Assembly: GCA_964014485.1 (NCBI GenBank)
Contig: CAXHAT010000001.1
Location: 1-64,000, forward strand
Direction of reading: 5' to 3'
DNA: 64,000 bases
DNA from: an uncultured Deferribacteres bacterium
Lineage (GTDB): Bacteria; Zhuqueibacterota; Zhuqueibacteria; Zhuqueibacterales; Geothermadaptataceae
This document shows positions 1 through 9,377 of the stretch, piece by piece. The position numbers and the translations under genes were made by a program. The first letter of the stretch is position 1. Every line of letters starts with the position of its first letter. A model generated the notes under the pieces. The model worked only from the letters and a program-made list of their open reading frames with translations, did not search any database and was not told where the DNA came from.

Positions 1-5
1 CTGGA

Positions 6-39
6 GTCTCGTGGGCTCGGAGATGTGTATCAGAGACAG
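6..39 (+). other. Nextera/Tn5 read-2 adapter remnant (assembly artefact)
   Basis: GTCTCGTGGGCTCGGAGATGTGTATcAGAGACAG matches the Nextera adapter with one mismatch, at the very start of the window. Confidence 0.95.
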
Positions 40-91
40 GTATCCAGCTTTGGGCACCGTTGTCTGGATACCCGCCTGCGCGGGTATGACA
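40..91. repeat. Truncated REP-like palindrome (GTCAT...ATGAC family)
   Basis: gtatccag...ctggatacccgcctgcgcgggtatgaca; the left arm is cut by the adapter. Confidence 0.7.
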
Positions 92-196
92 CAGTGGATT
101 GAGCTTGGCTTTAAAAAAACCTATCATCAAAAGGGAAGAGTAAGGGGTGAGTTTGAACATATAATCCATTTTGGTGCGTCTATTTTCCACAGAAAT

Positions 197-1030
197 TCAT
201 AGGTAAGAGTTAGGTCGCAATAGGGCGTACAACTCTGGGAAATGATCTCTTGTTTGAATTTCCCGACTCGCCCAAAGTGAGAGCGAAGTCGCGCCCTGGC
301 AAATCAGCATGCCCAAACCGTCGACCGTTTTGGCGCCGACTTTTTTGGCATTATTGAGAAAAGTGGTTTGCCGCGGGTTGTAAACCAGATCAACGTAAAT
401 TAGATCTTCACGAAACATCTTTTCCGCTAATGGCGAGGCTTTGACCTCAGGCGACATGCCAACAGAAGTCGTGTTGACGACGATGCCGCCTTCCGACAGC
501 GCGGCGATTTCTTGCAGCTCGACCGCCTCAACGCCAAAATCACGCGCCAGCTTTTCCGCCCTTGACATTGTTCGGTTAGTAATGAGAATGCGTTTGGCTC
601 CGGCGCTTTTGGCGGCAAAAACAACGGCGCGCGCTGCACCGCCAGCCCCAAGAATGAAGATGGTCTTTTTACTTAAACTCGGGATGTTTTCCATCGCAAG
701 ACTTTGCAAAAAGCCGTCTGCGTCAGTGTTGCGCCCCATGATTTTGTTATCCTCGAAAATGAGGGTGTTCACGGCGCCGATTTGTTCTGCTTCGTCGCCC
801 AGTTCATCGACAAAATCCATCACGCGCACTTTGTGCGGGATCGTCACGTTGAGCCCGCGAAATCCCAGCGCCTGAGCGCCGCGAATCGCTGAATGCAAAT
901 TCTCTGGCCGCACTTCGAAAGCGTGATAAGAAAAATCCAGACCGTTCTTTTCAATCAGGAAATTATGCAAAAGCGGAGAGAGTGAGTGTGAGATAGGCCG
1001 GCCAATAACGCCAAGATTGCGGCGCATCAT
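197..1030 (-). CDS. aroE: Shikimate dehydrogenase
   Basis: HSLSP, NVTIPHK, GAVNT, NTDADG, GAGGAARA, DLVYNP and DGLGML motifs. Confidence 0.95.
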   Translation of the reverse strand: MMRRNLGVIGRPISHSLSPLLHNFLIEKNGLDFSYHAFEVRPENLHSAIRGAQALGFRGLNVTIPHKVRVMDFVDELGDEAEQIGAVNTLIFEDNKIMGRNTDADGFLQSLAMENIPSLSKKTIFILGAGGAARAVVFAAKSAGAKRILITNRTMSRAEKLARDFGVEAVELQEIAALSEGGIVVNTTSVGMSPEVKASPLAEKMFREDLIYVDLVYNPRQTTFLNNAKKVGAKTVDGLGMLICQGATSLSLWASREIQTRDHFPELYALLRPNSYL

Positions 1031-1572
1031 TTGACCAGCTTGGAGACGGCTTTAAACTGATCCGTCCCGGCGTTAACGCACATTTCGAAAAGGATGGATT
1101 CATAGGTCGAAACGACGGCGCCGGACTGCCGCATCCGTTCGAGCGCGACGCGCTTGTCATTGGGCTTTCGCGACGAAACGCAGTCATCGATCACAACGGG
1201 TCGATAACCTTCCTGCGCCAAATCGAGGGCGGTTTGCAGGACGCAAACGTGTGTTTCAATGCCAAAAAGGATGACGTTCTTCTTGCCCGCCCTGGCGAGC
1301 TGGTCCATGACCGGCGATACGCCGCAGCAACTAAATGACAGCTTTTCAACGGGAGCATAGTTGTCCCCCAACGCTTCGCGAATAGAGGGAATAGTGACGC
1401 CCAGCCCTTTGGTGTATTGCTCGGTGACAATGATGGGGATGTCCAGCGCGCGAAGTCCGGGAATGAGTCTCAGCAGATTTTCTTCGAGCTTGTCATGCTC
1501 AAAGATGTGCGGAAAGAGCCGTTCCTGCACGTCAACGGCGATGGCGATGGTTTGGTTTTTTGCAATTCTCAT
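1027..1572 (-). CDS. Isochorismatase-family cysteine hydrolase
   Basis: VDVQERL, TEQY..GLG.T, EKLSFSC and GIETHVCV motifs; start moved to MRIAK. Confidence 0.9.
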   Translation of the reverse strand: MRIAKNQTIAIAVDVQERLFPHIFEHDKLEENLLRLIPGLRALDIPIIVTEQYTKGLGVTIPSIREALGDNYAPVEKLSFSCCGVSPVMDQLARAGKKNVILFGIETHVCVLQTALDLAQEGYRPVVIDDCVSSRKPNDKRVALERMRQSGAVVSTYESILFEMCVNAGTDQFKAVSKLVK

Positions 1573-1703
1573 TTTGCAGTAAGTTTGTTGAAGATTTCGG
1601 TGAAGCAATTGCGTTTTGTCAATTTCATCCAGAAAAGCCGAAAACTAACATATCAAAATCCCTCCGCAATCAGAACTACGACATCCACAATTCTAAAGCG
1701 AAT

Positions 1704-1783
1704 CCCTCGCATATCATTCCGAAGAAATCTTTTTAGTCGCGTACTCTGGATCAAAAAGATTCCTTCGGAATGACATGCGAGGG
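1704..1783. repeat. 80-bp palindromic REP/MITE-like element, copy A
   Basis: ccctcgcatatcattccgaag...cttcggaatgacatgcgaggg; same length and ends as the copy at 13647. Confidence 0.8.
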
Positions 1784-1846
1784 TGGGGTTAAGCGGCATC
1801 TGCGTTTAAGCCTTTCGACGAAAATAGTCAAGCGAAAGGTGGCGGG

Positions 1847-2161
1847 TTATTCAACCAGGACGGCGGTGCCAAAAATCAGGACTTCGGAAGCGCCTTGCTG
1901 CAAGTAGTTGCTGGTGAAGCGGCAATCAACGACGGCGTTGGCGCCGAGCTCTTTCGCCTGCGCTTTCATGCGATCTATGGATTGTTCGCGCGCCTCGGCC
2001 ATCAGTTTTGTGTACTCTTCAATCTCTCCGCCAACCAGGTTTTTCAGCCCCGCGATAATATCTTTGCCCAAGTGCCGCGCACGAATCGTGCTGCCCGACA
2101 CCATGCCAAAGGATTGCTTGGTTTTTTTTCCGGCAATTTCACTGGACGTAACCACAATCAT
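1847..2161 (-). CDS. YbjQ/UPF0145 family protein
   Basis: AGLKNLVGGEIEEYTKLMAEARE and GANAVV..RF signature. Confidence 0.9.
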   Translation of the reverse strand: MIVVTSSEIAGKKTKQSFGMVSGSTIRARHLGKDIIAGLKNLVGGEIEEYTKLMAEAREQSIDRMKAQAKELGANAVVDCRFTSNYLQQGASEVLIFGTAVLVE

Positions 2162-2622
2162 CTTTTGACCTCCTTGTAAGGATCAGTTTTTCGCATGGAT
2201 ATTTTTTCTCGAATAATAGAAACCATCAAAATCGTGAAGCCCAGCAGCACGAGCAGTACCGCGGTTATAATGACCGGGTGTTTCTCAATGCCCTGGATCG
2301 CTGCTTTGACGAACTGAAAAAGCGTGTAGGTGATGAGAATGATCGAGCCGACGGACAACGAAATCCATGCTATGCCGCGCTCAATCCGATTGTAAATTCC
2401 CATCCAATAGCCGTCCCAAATTTCAGAAGAAGGGTTTTTCAATTTCATGGCGTTGGTGACCTCCTTGAGTTTTTGGTGTTCCCGCCACTCGTCGCGACAT
2501 TCTTCAAAGTTTTGAACGAACGCGTCGAATTCAATCTTTTCCGACTTGGTCAATACGTCGTCAACGGCTTTGACGAGCAGCATTTCGAAGTTTTGGCGTT
2601 GTTCTTTTGTTAACGTTTTCAT
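2158..2622 (-). CDS. Putative membrane anti-sigma factor (degenerate zf-HC2-like N-terminus, 2 TM)
   Basis: ATGA overlap with the ECF sigma stop; two hydrophobic helices; C-terminal DPYKEV. Confidence 0.75.
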   Translation of the reverse strand: MKTLTKEQRQNFEMLLVKAVDDVLTKSEKIEFDAFVQNFEECRDEWREHQKLKEVTNAMKLKNPSSEIWDGYWMGIYNRIERGIAWISLSVGSIILITYTLFQFVKAAIQGIEKHPVIITAVLLVLLGFTILMVSIIREKISMRKTDPYKEVKR

Positions 2623-3197
2623 GCCAATATATTTTCCAGTTCCGTCTTGAGTGCGCGTCGCGCGGTGTATAATCTTGACATGACGGTGCCGATTGGGCAC
2701 TCGAGGGTTTCCGCGATTTCCTTGTATGACATTTCCTGAAAATCTTTCATCACAATAATCTCGCGTTCATTCTCCCGCAAACTCTGGATGCCGCGCCAGA
2801 CGATTTCCTGAATTTCTATCTTTTCAAAATCACTTTCGGGGTTGGAAAAACTCGCGATTTTGGCAATTTCGAATTCGCCGACTTCCGAAAAAGGCTGGGC
2901 GCGGCGTTTTGTATCGCGTAGAAAATTGAAGCAAAGATTGCGCAGGATTTGGTAGTACCAAGTAAAAAAGCGGCGTTCCGGGTCGAAGCGTTTTATGGCG
3001 CGAAACCCTCGGACGAACGCCTCCTGCGACAGGTCAAGCGCGGCTTCGTGTGATCCCGCCAAACCAAGCGCGGTAAAATACGCACGTTTCATGTATTTAT
3101 TAACGAGAACGCTGTAGCTTGCCTTTTTGCCGTTCTGACATTCACGAATCAAGTCGGCTTCGCGACCGCGTTCTTTTTCTTCAATTTCTTTTTGCAA
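2619..3197 (-). CDS. ECF RNA polymerase sigma factor
   Basis: Region 2 DLSQEAF..FFTWYY.I.RN and region 4 SYKEIAETLECPIGTVMSRL. Confidence 0.95.
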   Translation of the reverse strand: MQKEIEEKERGREADLIRECQNGKKASYSVLVNKYMKRAYFTALGLAGSHEAALDLSQEAFVRGFRAIKRFDPERRFFTWYYQILRNLCFNFLRDTKRRAQPFSEVGEFEIAKIASFSNPESDFEKIEIQEIVWRGIQSLRENEREIIVMKDFQEMSYKEIAETLECPIGTVMSRLYTARRALKTELENILA

Positions 3198-3399
3198 ATT
3201 CTGGAACCGTTCCTTTCAAAAAACCGCTTGCTTATGTTTAAATATCCAGCACAAAAACGAACGGCAATTTTTCTCTAACGAAAGATGAACGTGGTACCCG
3301 ACGGAAAGAAATTTATTCGAAAGAAATTGGATTTTGGCGGAATTTATTTAGAATGGCATTGAAGTTAAACGCTTTCAGACTAGCGCAATAGCCTCGGCT

Positions 3400-3489
3400 T
3401 GTCATTTCGTAAGAATCTTTGTTGTCGCCCGGCACAGAGTATCCTCATCGTTCAAGGGTTCAATCAAAAAAGATGCTTACAGCATGACA
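3400..3489. repeat. REP-like palindrome; inverted homolog of 58502-58592
   Basis: tgtcatttcgtaagaatctttg...aaagatgcttacagcatgaca; its reverse complement aligns along its length with 58502-58592. Confidence 0.75.
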
Positions 3490-3555
3490 AATTCGGGCAG
3501 TTTCGATAATTTTTTCAGCGTTTGTTTGAGCAGTTTTTGAACAAAAAGGGGCGAG

Positions 3556-5736
3556 ATGAAACAGCAAATGCAGACAATTCTAAAGGACGTTTTTGGCTAT
3601 GACCAATTTCGGCCTTTGCAAAAAGAGATTATAGAAAATGCGCTGAACAAGCGCGATACGTTGGTGATTATGCCGACCGGCGGGGGAAAATCTCTGTGCT
3701 ATCAAATCCCCGCGCTCATGTTTGAAGGCTTGACTGTAGTCGTTTCCCCGCTAATTTCTTTAATGAAAGATCAAGTCGAGCAATTGACTGAGTCCGGCGT
3801 CAAAGCGACACTTTTGAACAGCTCGCTCTCGCAAGAGCAGTACAAAACGAATTTGAGCTCGCTTCTCCGCAGGGAAGCGAAGTTGCTTTACGTCGCACCG
3901 GAAACCCTGCTCAAACCGAACATCCTGACGATGCTTACTGACAATTTGAAAGTGGATTGCTTGACTATCGACGAGGCGCACTGTATTTCTGAATGGGGGC
4001 ACGATTTCCGCCCCGAATATCGCCAGATCGGGGAGTTGAGAACGCGCTTTCAAGACGCTGTGTGCATGGCGCTCACTGCGACGGCCACGCCGCGCGTGCA
4101 AGATGATATTTCGTCGAGTCTGAATTTTGATCATTCCAATAAATTCATCGCCAGCTTCAATCGCGAGAATCTGTTTGTTGACGTTGTCGAGAAAAACGAT
4201 CCTGTGCGACAGTTGCTGAATTTCCTGGCGCGCTTCAAAAATCAATCCGGCATTATCTATTGTTTCTCGCGCCGCCAAGTTGATGATTTAACCGAATTTT
4301 TGGCGGAAGAGAATTTCTCCGTCTGCCGCTACCACGCCGGTCTTGCCGATCAGGAAAGAGCTGAGAACCAGGAGCGTTTTATTCGCGATGATGTGCAGAT
4401 CGTCGTTGCGACCATTGCGTTTGGGATGGGCATTAACAAGCCAAACGTGCGTTTTGTTGTACATTATGATTTGCCCAAAAACCTGGAATCGTATTATCAG
4501 GAAATTGGTCGCGCCGGAAGGGACGGATTGAAATCGAACTGCCTATTACTTTTTGGATACGGGGATATTCAAAAAATCCAATTTTTCTTCAAGGAAAAAG
4601 AAGGGCGGGAATTGCAGATGGCGCGCAATCATTTAAACGCAATGATTGCCTACGCAGAATCGCACGTTTGCCGACGGAAGCCTTTGCTCAAATATTTTGG
4701 CGAGGATTTCACCAAGGAAAACTGCGGCATGTGCGACAATTGCACGACAACGCGCGATTATTCGGATTTAACCGTTCCGGCGCAAAAATTTCTTTCCTGT
4801 ATTTATCGGACGGGGCAGTTTTTTGGCGCGAATCACATTATCGACGTCTTGCGCGGCTCGCGCTCGGAAAAAGTATTGTCGCGCGGCCACGGCAATCTTT
4901 CGACTTACGGTATCGGCAAAGACTACACGAAACGCCAGTGGCTGCATCTTTCTCGGCAGCTTGTTCAGCAAGACGTTTTGTTTAAAGATGAAGAATTCGG
5001 CAGTTTAAAACTGACAGAAAAAGCCATGTTGATTTTGCGCGGCCAGGAAGCTTTCCAAGGAACCGTGGACGACACTGAAAGCCGCCGCCCGAGTGCGATA
5101 GAAACGGCGTCACTCGATTACGACATGGATTTATTCAACATTTTGCGCAATAAACGCAAATCTCTCGCTGACCGTGCCCAAATTCCGCCCTATGCCGTTT
5201 TTGCCGACAAAACGTTGATCGAGATGGCGACGTATTTTCCAATCAACAAGGAAAGTATGTTGACGATGCACGGCGTTGGGCTCGCCAAATTTGAGAAATA
5301 CGGCACAATTTTCCAGAACGAAATTTACCGGTACTGCAAAGAAAATGACGTCAAGCCGAAATCGAAAATTGGAACGCGCCATCGTTCGGCTCAAAGAAAA
5401 CTGACATTGAGAAAACCGCGCTATATCGAGGTGGGAGAAAAATATCAGGCGAGTTTTTCCATCGAGGCAATTATGGGGGAATACGGCGTTAAACAGAGCA
5501 CCGTCGTCAATCATTTGTTTAAATTCGTTCGCGATGGCAATACGCTCAATCCAAAGCCGTTTCAAAAGCTTTCGAACCTGCCCGAAGATCGCCAACAAGA
5601 TGTCATGGCCGCATTCGATCGGCTTGGCGCCGACGCCTTGCGGCCAATTTATGATTATTTAGGCGAGTCCGTTGATTACGACGAATTGAGCATACTGCGC
5701 CTGTGCTACATCTGCAAGATAAGCCCCAACGAATAA
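3556..5736 (+). CDS. recQ: ATP-dependent DNA helicase RecQ (RQC, HRDC and C-terminal HTH)
   Basis: MPTGGGKS, DEAHCISEWGHDFRP, ATIAFGMGI, QEIGRAGRDG; Zn-binding CxxCDNC. Confidence 0.97.
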   Translation: MKQQMQTILKDVFGYDQFRPLQKEIIENALNKRDTLVIMPTGGGKSLCYQIPALMFEGLTVVVSPLISLMKDQVEQLTESGVKATLLNSSLSQEQYKTNLSSLLRREAKLLYVAPETLLKPNILTMLTDNLKVDCLTIDEAHCISEWGHDFRPEYRQIGELRTRFQDAVCMALTATATPRVQDDISSSLNFDHSNKFIASFNRENLFVDVVEKNDPVRQLLNFLARFKNQSGIIYCFSRRQVDDLTEFLAEENFSVCRYHAGLADQERAENQERFIRDDVQIVVATIAFGMGINKPNVRFVVHYDLPKNLESYYQEIGRAGRDGLKSNCLLLFGYGDIQKIQFFFKEKEGRELQMARNHLNAMIAYAESHVCRRKPLLKYFGEDFTKENCGMCDNCTTTRDYSDLTVPAQKFLSCIYRTGQFFGANHIIDVLRGSRSEKVLSRGHGNLSTYGIGKDYTKRQWLHLSRQLVQQDVLFKDEEFGSLKLTEKAMLILRGQEAFQGTVDDTESRRPSAIETASLDYDMDLFNILRNKRKSLADRAQIPPYAVFADKTLIEMATYFPINKESMLTMHGVGLAKFEKYGTIFQNEIYRYCKENDVKPKSKIGTRHRSAQRKLTLRKPRYIEVGEKYQASFSIEAIMGEYGVKQSTVVNHLFKFVRDGNTLNPKPFQKLSNLPEDRQQDVMAAFDRLGADALRPIYDYLGESVDYDELSILRLCYICKISPNE

Positions 5737-5856
5737 GTTATCGCAAAGAAGCTGGCTGATTGTTTCCAGTGGCCTTTACGTGCAAATAAATTCGGAGTCA
5801 AATACTTCAGTATTTGCTTGAACAGGCGATGATGAATCATCGCACTCCAAGTGAAG

Positions 5857-6789
5857 TCACTCTAAAGATTCAAGATAGCGCTCAACATCAATTGCAGCTT
5901 GACACCCCATCCCCGCCGCTGTGATCGCCTGACGATAGGTGTGATCCACAACGTCGCCCGCTGCAAAAACGCCATTGGCGCTGGTCATCGTGCGTTGCTT
6001 ATTGACGATATAACCGTTCTCGTCCATCTCAACCTGGCCTTTGAAAATATCGGTGTTCGGCTGGTGACCGATGCCGATAAAAAGCCCCGCCAATTCAATT
6101 TGGGAGCGTTCTCCGCTTTTGACGTTTTCAACGGTAATTCCGCTAACGAGGTTTTTCTCAACGTCATGAATGTCCGCAACGACTGAGTCCCAGAGCACTT
6201 CAATCTTCTCGTTTTTTAGCACGCGCTCTTGCATAATTTTAGAAGCTCGCAACTGATCGCGTCGATGAATAAGCGTGACTTTTGTAGCGAATTTAGTGAG
6301 AAAATTGGCTTCTTCCATCGCCGTATCTCCGCCGCCAACAACGGCGATTTCTTGTCCTCGGAAAAAATAACCGTCACAAGTTGCACACGTTGACACGCCG
6401 CGTCCCATAAGCCGCTTTTCCGCTTCAAGTCCGAGCAGCTTCGCGGAAGCGCCTGCTGCAATGATGATTGCTTGGGCGGCAAACTCTTCGCCTTCAACCC
6501 AGACGCGCGGCGTTTCAGTGCTAAAATCAACTTTTGAAACGGTTTCAAAACGAATGTCCGCACCAAAACGCTCCGCTTGCTTCCGCATTTCTTCCATCAA
6601 TTCCGGCCCCATAATGCCGTCTGAAAAACCCGGGTAGTTTTCAACATCCGTTGTGGTCGTTAATTGTCCGCCAGGCTCGGGGCCGGCGAAAATGAGTGGG
6701 GCAAGATTAGCGCGCGCAGTGTAAAGCCCGGCGGTATAGCCCGCCGGTCCAGACCCGATAATGATGACATTTTTGGTAGATTCAGACAT
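5857..6789 (-). CDS. trxB: Thioredoxin-disulfide reductase
   Basis: GSGPAG, CATCDG, GGGDTA and AAGDV..YRQAITAAG motifs. Confidence 0.97.
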   Translation of the reverse strand: MSESTKNVIIIGSGPAGYTAGLYTARANLAPLIFAGPEPGGQLTTTTDVENYPGFSDGIMGPELMEEMRKQAERFGADIRFETVSKVDFSTETPRVWVEGEEFAAQAIIIAAGASAKLLGLEAEKRLMGRGVSTCATCDGYFFRGQEIAVVGGGDTAMEEANFLTKFATKVTLIHRRDQLRASKIMQERVLKNEKIEVLWDSVVADIHDVEKNLVSGITVENVKSGERSQIELAGLFIGIGHQPNTDIFKGQVEMDENGYIVNKQRTMTSANGVFAAGDVVDHTYRQAITAAGMGCQAAIDVERYLESLE

Positions 6790-7018
6790 TTTGTGATCCC
6801 AATAATTAAGAGATGATGTTGTTCCTGAAAAGCTCCGTTCTTAACCCAATATTGAACTCAATTATTCCCATCTTTAAGCGGCAATGAACGCATTTCGAAA
6901 AGCAAAATCAAGCGCTTCAAAGAGCCGAGTTTTCTTATGCAGTTTCTCGCGCTTAGTTTTCTGCAAACGTGAGCATGAATTGTACAAAAGTTAAACGAAA
7001 CGGGGGCCGGGAAATCGC

Positions 7019-7046
7019 TTGACTTTGTGCAAGCGAGTTTTATATT
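7019..7046 (+). promoter_or_regulatory. Putative sigma70 promoter of tRNA-Ala
   Basis: TTGACT-16 nt-TATATT ending 10 nt upstream of the tRNA; the same architecture occurs before tRNA-Gly. Confidence 0.6.
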
Positions 7047-7056
7047 AGTTCGCTTC

Positions 7057-7130
7057 GGGGCTGTAGCTCAGTTTGGGAGAGCGCATGACTGGCAGTCATG
7101 AGGTCGTCGGTTCGATCCCGATCAGCTCCA
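7057..7130 (+). tRNA. tRNA-Ala(GGC)
   Basis: GGGGCTG/CAGCTCC acceptor stem with G3:U70; anticodon arm catga-CTGGCAG-tcatg; GGTTCGATCCC T-arm; CCA not encoded. Confidence 0.95.
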
Positions 7131-7132
7131 CT

Positions 7133-7163
7133 AAAGCCTTGCTAAATTTAGCAAGGCTTTTTT
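7133..7163 (+). terminator. Rho-independent terminator
   Basis: aaagccttgcta-aatt-tagcaaggc followed by a T run. Confidence 0.85.
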
Positions 7164-7325
7164 CGTTTCTAAGCCTGGCGCCGCTGAACTCGCGAACAAA
7201 GGGCGCTTTATAGTTGAATGAATCTGTTTTTACTGGGCAAGTATCAGAGAAACGGAGACGTTTGAAAGCAAATCAGGCATGAAATTGCGCGGGAGACCAG
7301 AAATAGGACAATCCAACAAAACAGC

Positions 7326-7550
7326 TTATGACAGCATTTCGGTCGTTTCGTCAAACTGCTGAATTGGCTTTTCAATTTCCAATTGCCCTAGCGTGATGAA
7401 GCTATATAAATTACGGCCACAACCGTTTTCACAGGCGTAGAGCTTAAAAAGCTTGTCTGCATCCGATTGGTCAGTGACGGTAAATTTCTTAACGCTGCCG
7501 CAAGCTTCGCAAGTAATAATAAGTTCGCTGAAATTTATATTGTCCGACAT
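7326..7550 (-). CDS. Small Cys-rich (CxxC...CxxxC) hypothetical protein
   Basis: GGAG SD before the ATG at 7550; CEACG and CENGCG motifs. Confidence 0.7.
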   Translation of the reverse strand: MSDNINFSELIITCEACGSVKKFTVTDQSDADKLFKLYACENGCGRNLYSFITLGQLEIEKPIQQFDETTEMLS

Positions 7551-7646
7551 TTTTTTCTCCAAAAGTTGATTTTCAACCAGCATATTTTCGCCAATAACTG
7601 ATACCGTCGCGCGCCTCCATTTGCATGATTTTTTTATAGAAAAGGC

Positions 7647-7674
7647 TTGCTTCGCTCAAGATTAATTCTATATT
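7647..7674 (+). promoter_or_regulatory. Putative sigma70 promoter of the tRNA Gly-Cys-Leu operon
   Basis: TTGCTT-16 nt-TATATT. Confidence 0.55.
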
Positions 7675-7686
7675 AAATCCTTCGTT

Positions 7687-7758
7687 GCGGGAGTAGTTCA
7701 GTGGTAGAACACCACCTTGCCAAGGTGGGGGTCGCGAGTTCGAATCTCGTCTCCCGCT
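7687..7758 (+). tRNA. tRNA-Gly(GCC)
   Basis: GCGGGAG/CTCCCGC acceptor stem; ccacc-TTGCCAA-ggtgg anticodon arm. Confidence 0.95.
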
Positions 7759-7767
7759 TTTTTTTTG

Positions 7768-7840
7768 GGCGGCGTGGCCAAGTGGCTAAGGCGGAGGTCT
7801 GCAAAACCTCTATTCATCGGTTCGAATCCGATCGCCGCCT
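7768..7840 (+). tRNA. tRNA-Cys(GCA)
   Basis: GGCGGCG/CGCCGCC acceptor stem, U73; gaggt-CTGCAAA-acctc anticodon arm. Confidence 0.95.
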
Positions 7841-7848
7841 CTGAATTG

Positions 7849-7937
7849 GCCGAGGTGGCGAAATTGGTAGACGCAAGGGACTTAAAATCCCTCGGTCATT
7901 TATGACCGTGCCGGTTCGAGTCCGGCTCTCGGCACCA
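7849..7937 (+). tRNA. tRNA-Leu(TAA)
   Basis: aggga-CTTAAAA-tccct anticodon arm, long variable arm, encoded CCA; same order as glyW-cysT-leuZ. Confidence 0.95.
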
Positions 7938-8085
7938 TTAATATTTTCCCCGCAATTTCTTCCCCGTTTAATCCTTCAGTTTTTCCTACAAATTATTGAA
8001 TTACCAGAAATGAACCAGGCGGTGTGGTTCAGCCACTCCCGCCAAGTCATTTTGCTAGATTCTAAAATTCACGAAGACCGCGTTT

Positions 8086-9204
8086 TTAGAACGAGTCGAT
8101 CATCCTGGCATTACGGTTAAATTGCGCCGGTCGTCGCGGCACGAATTTGCGACCAAGGCGACCAATCTGCTCAATCCGACGTTCAGCCAAGCGGTTTGAC
8201 GCTTCATAGGTCGGGACGTTTTCTTCTTTTGCAACGGCAATGATGTTTTTGAGAATATCGTAAATACTGTCTGCTTGCTTTAGCGCCCTGTCTTGGTTAT
8301 ATCCTTCAAATTCATTCGCGACGTTAATCAATCCGCCGGCATTGATGACATAATCCGGCGCATACCAAATGCCTTGCTCAAGAAGCATCGGCCCATGCAC
8401 GCTTTCCTTTTGCAACTGATTGTTTGCAGCCCCGGCGATAATCTGACAACGTAATTTCGGAACCGTCTCACTGTTTAATATTCCGCCAAGTGCGCAAGGG
8501 GCAAAAATATCACATTTGGTTTCGTAGATTTTGTCCGGAGCAACAACTTCCGCTTTGTATTTATACACAACCTCGTCGATATACTTCTGATGTATGTCCG
8601 TCACGACCAGCTCCGCTCCTTCGTTGTGCAGAAAACCGCACAAATACTTGCCGACATGACCTAGACCTTGTACAGCGACCTTCATACCTTTCAAAGAAGT
8701 CGTGCCGAGCACTTCTTCCGTACATGCTTTTATGCCCCGATATACGCCGCGAGCCGTCACTGGCGAAGGATCGCCGCTGCCGCCGAGCGCTTTCGAAATG
8801 CCGCAAACATGCGATGTCTCCGTGCGAACCCACTCCATGTCGCGTACGTTTGTCCCGACGTCTTCCGCAGTGATGTACCTCCCGCCCAAACTTTCAACCA
8901 AGCGACCATAGGCTCTGAATAGCGCTTCACTTTTTCCTTTGTGCGAATCGCCGATGATAACCCCCTTGCCCCCGCCCAGGTTCAGACCGGCGATCGCCGC
9001 CTTATATGTCATGCCGCGCGACAGCCTGATGACGTCATGCAAGGCGTCGTCATCGGAATCGTAATTCCACATTCTGGTTCCGCCCAATGCAGGGCCAAGC
9101 GTTGTATTGTGAATCGCAATAATGGCTTTTAGTCCAGTGTCTCTATCGTACCCTACCACGACTTGCTCGTGGTTCCTTCGAATCATTTCTTCAAATGTTT
9201 TCAT
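8086..9204 (-). CDS. ldh: Leucine (Glu/Leu/Phe/Val) dehydrogenase
   Basis: GPALGGTR, LGGGKG, TAEDVGT, GGSGDPS, GLGHVG and GAANNQL motifs. Confidence 0.93.
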   Translation of the reverse strand: MKTFEEMIRRNHEQVVVGYDRDTGLKAIIAIHNTTLGPALGGTRMWNYDSDDDALHDVIRLSRGMTYKAAIAGLNLGGGKGVIIGDSHKGKSEALFRAYGRLVESLGGRYITAEDVGTNVRDMEWVRTETSHVCGISKALGGSGDPSPVTARGVYRGIKACTEEVLGTTSLKGMKVAVQGLGHVGKYLCGFLHNEGAELVVTDIHQKYIDEVVYKYKAEVVAPDKIYETKCDIFAPCALGGILNSETVPKLRCQIIAGAANNQLQKESVHGPMLLEQGIWYAPDYVINAGGLINVANEFEGYNQDRALKQADSIYDILKNIIAVAKEENVPTYEASNRLAERRIEQIGRLGRKFVPRRPAQFNRNARMIDSF

Positions 9205-9377
9205 GAGCTTTCCTCTATTTTTGTTCGGTATTACACGAAGTTACTATGAGTTGGATCAAACAGAATCATTCTAAAAATAATTTCAAAAAGACCCCTAAAT
9301 GCTCTTCCGGCGTATTGGGCGGAAAATCCCAAAAAGGAATTCGACGGCAGTGATTAAGCAGGCGAGGCGACGTTGGG

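Noticed and set aside
11..202. 63-aa ORF MGSEMCIRDR...
   Set aside because: It is a translation of the adapter plus a REP palindrome
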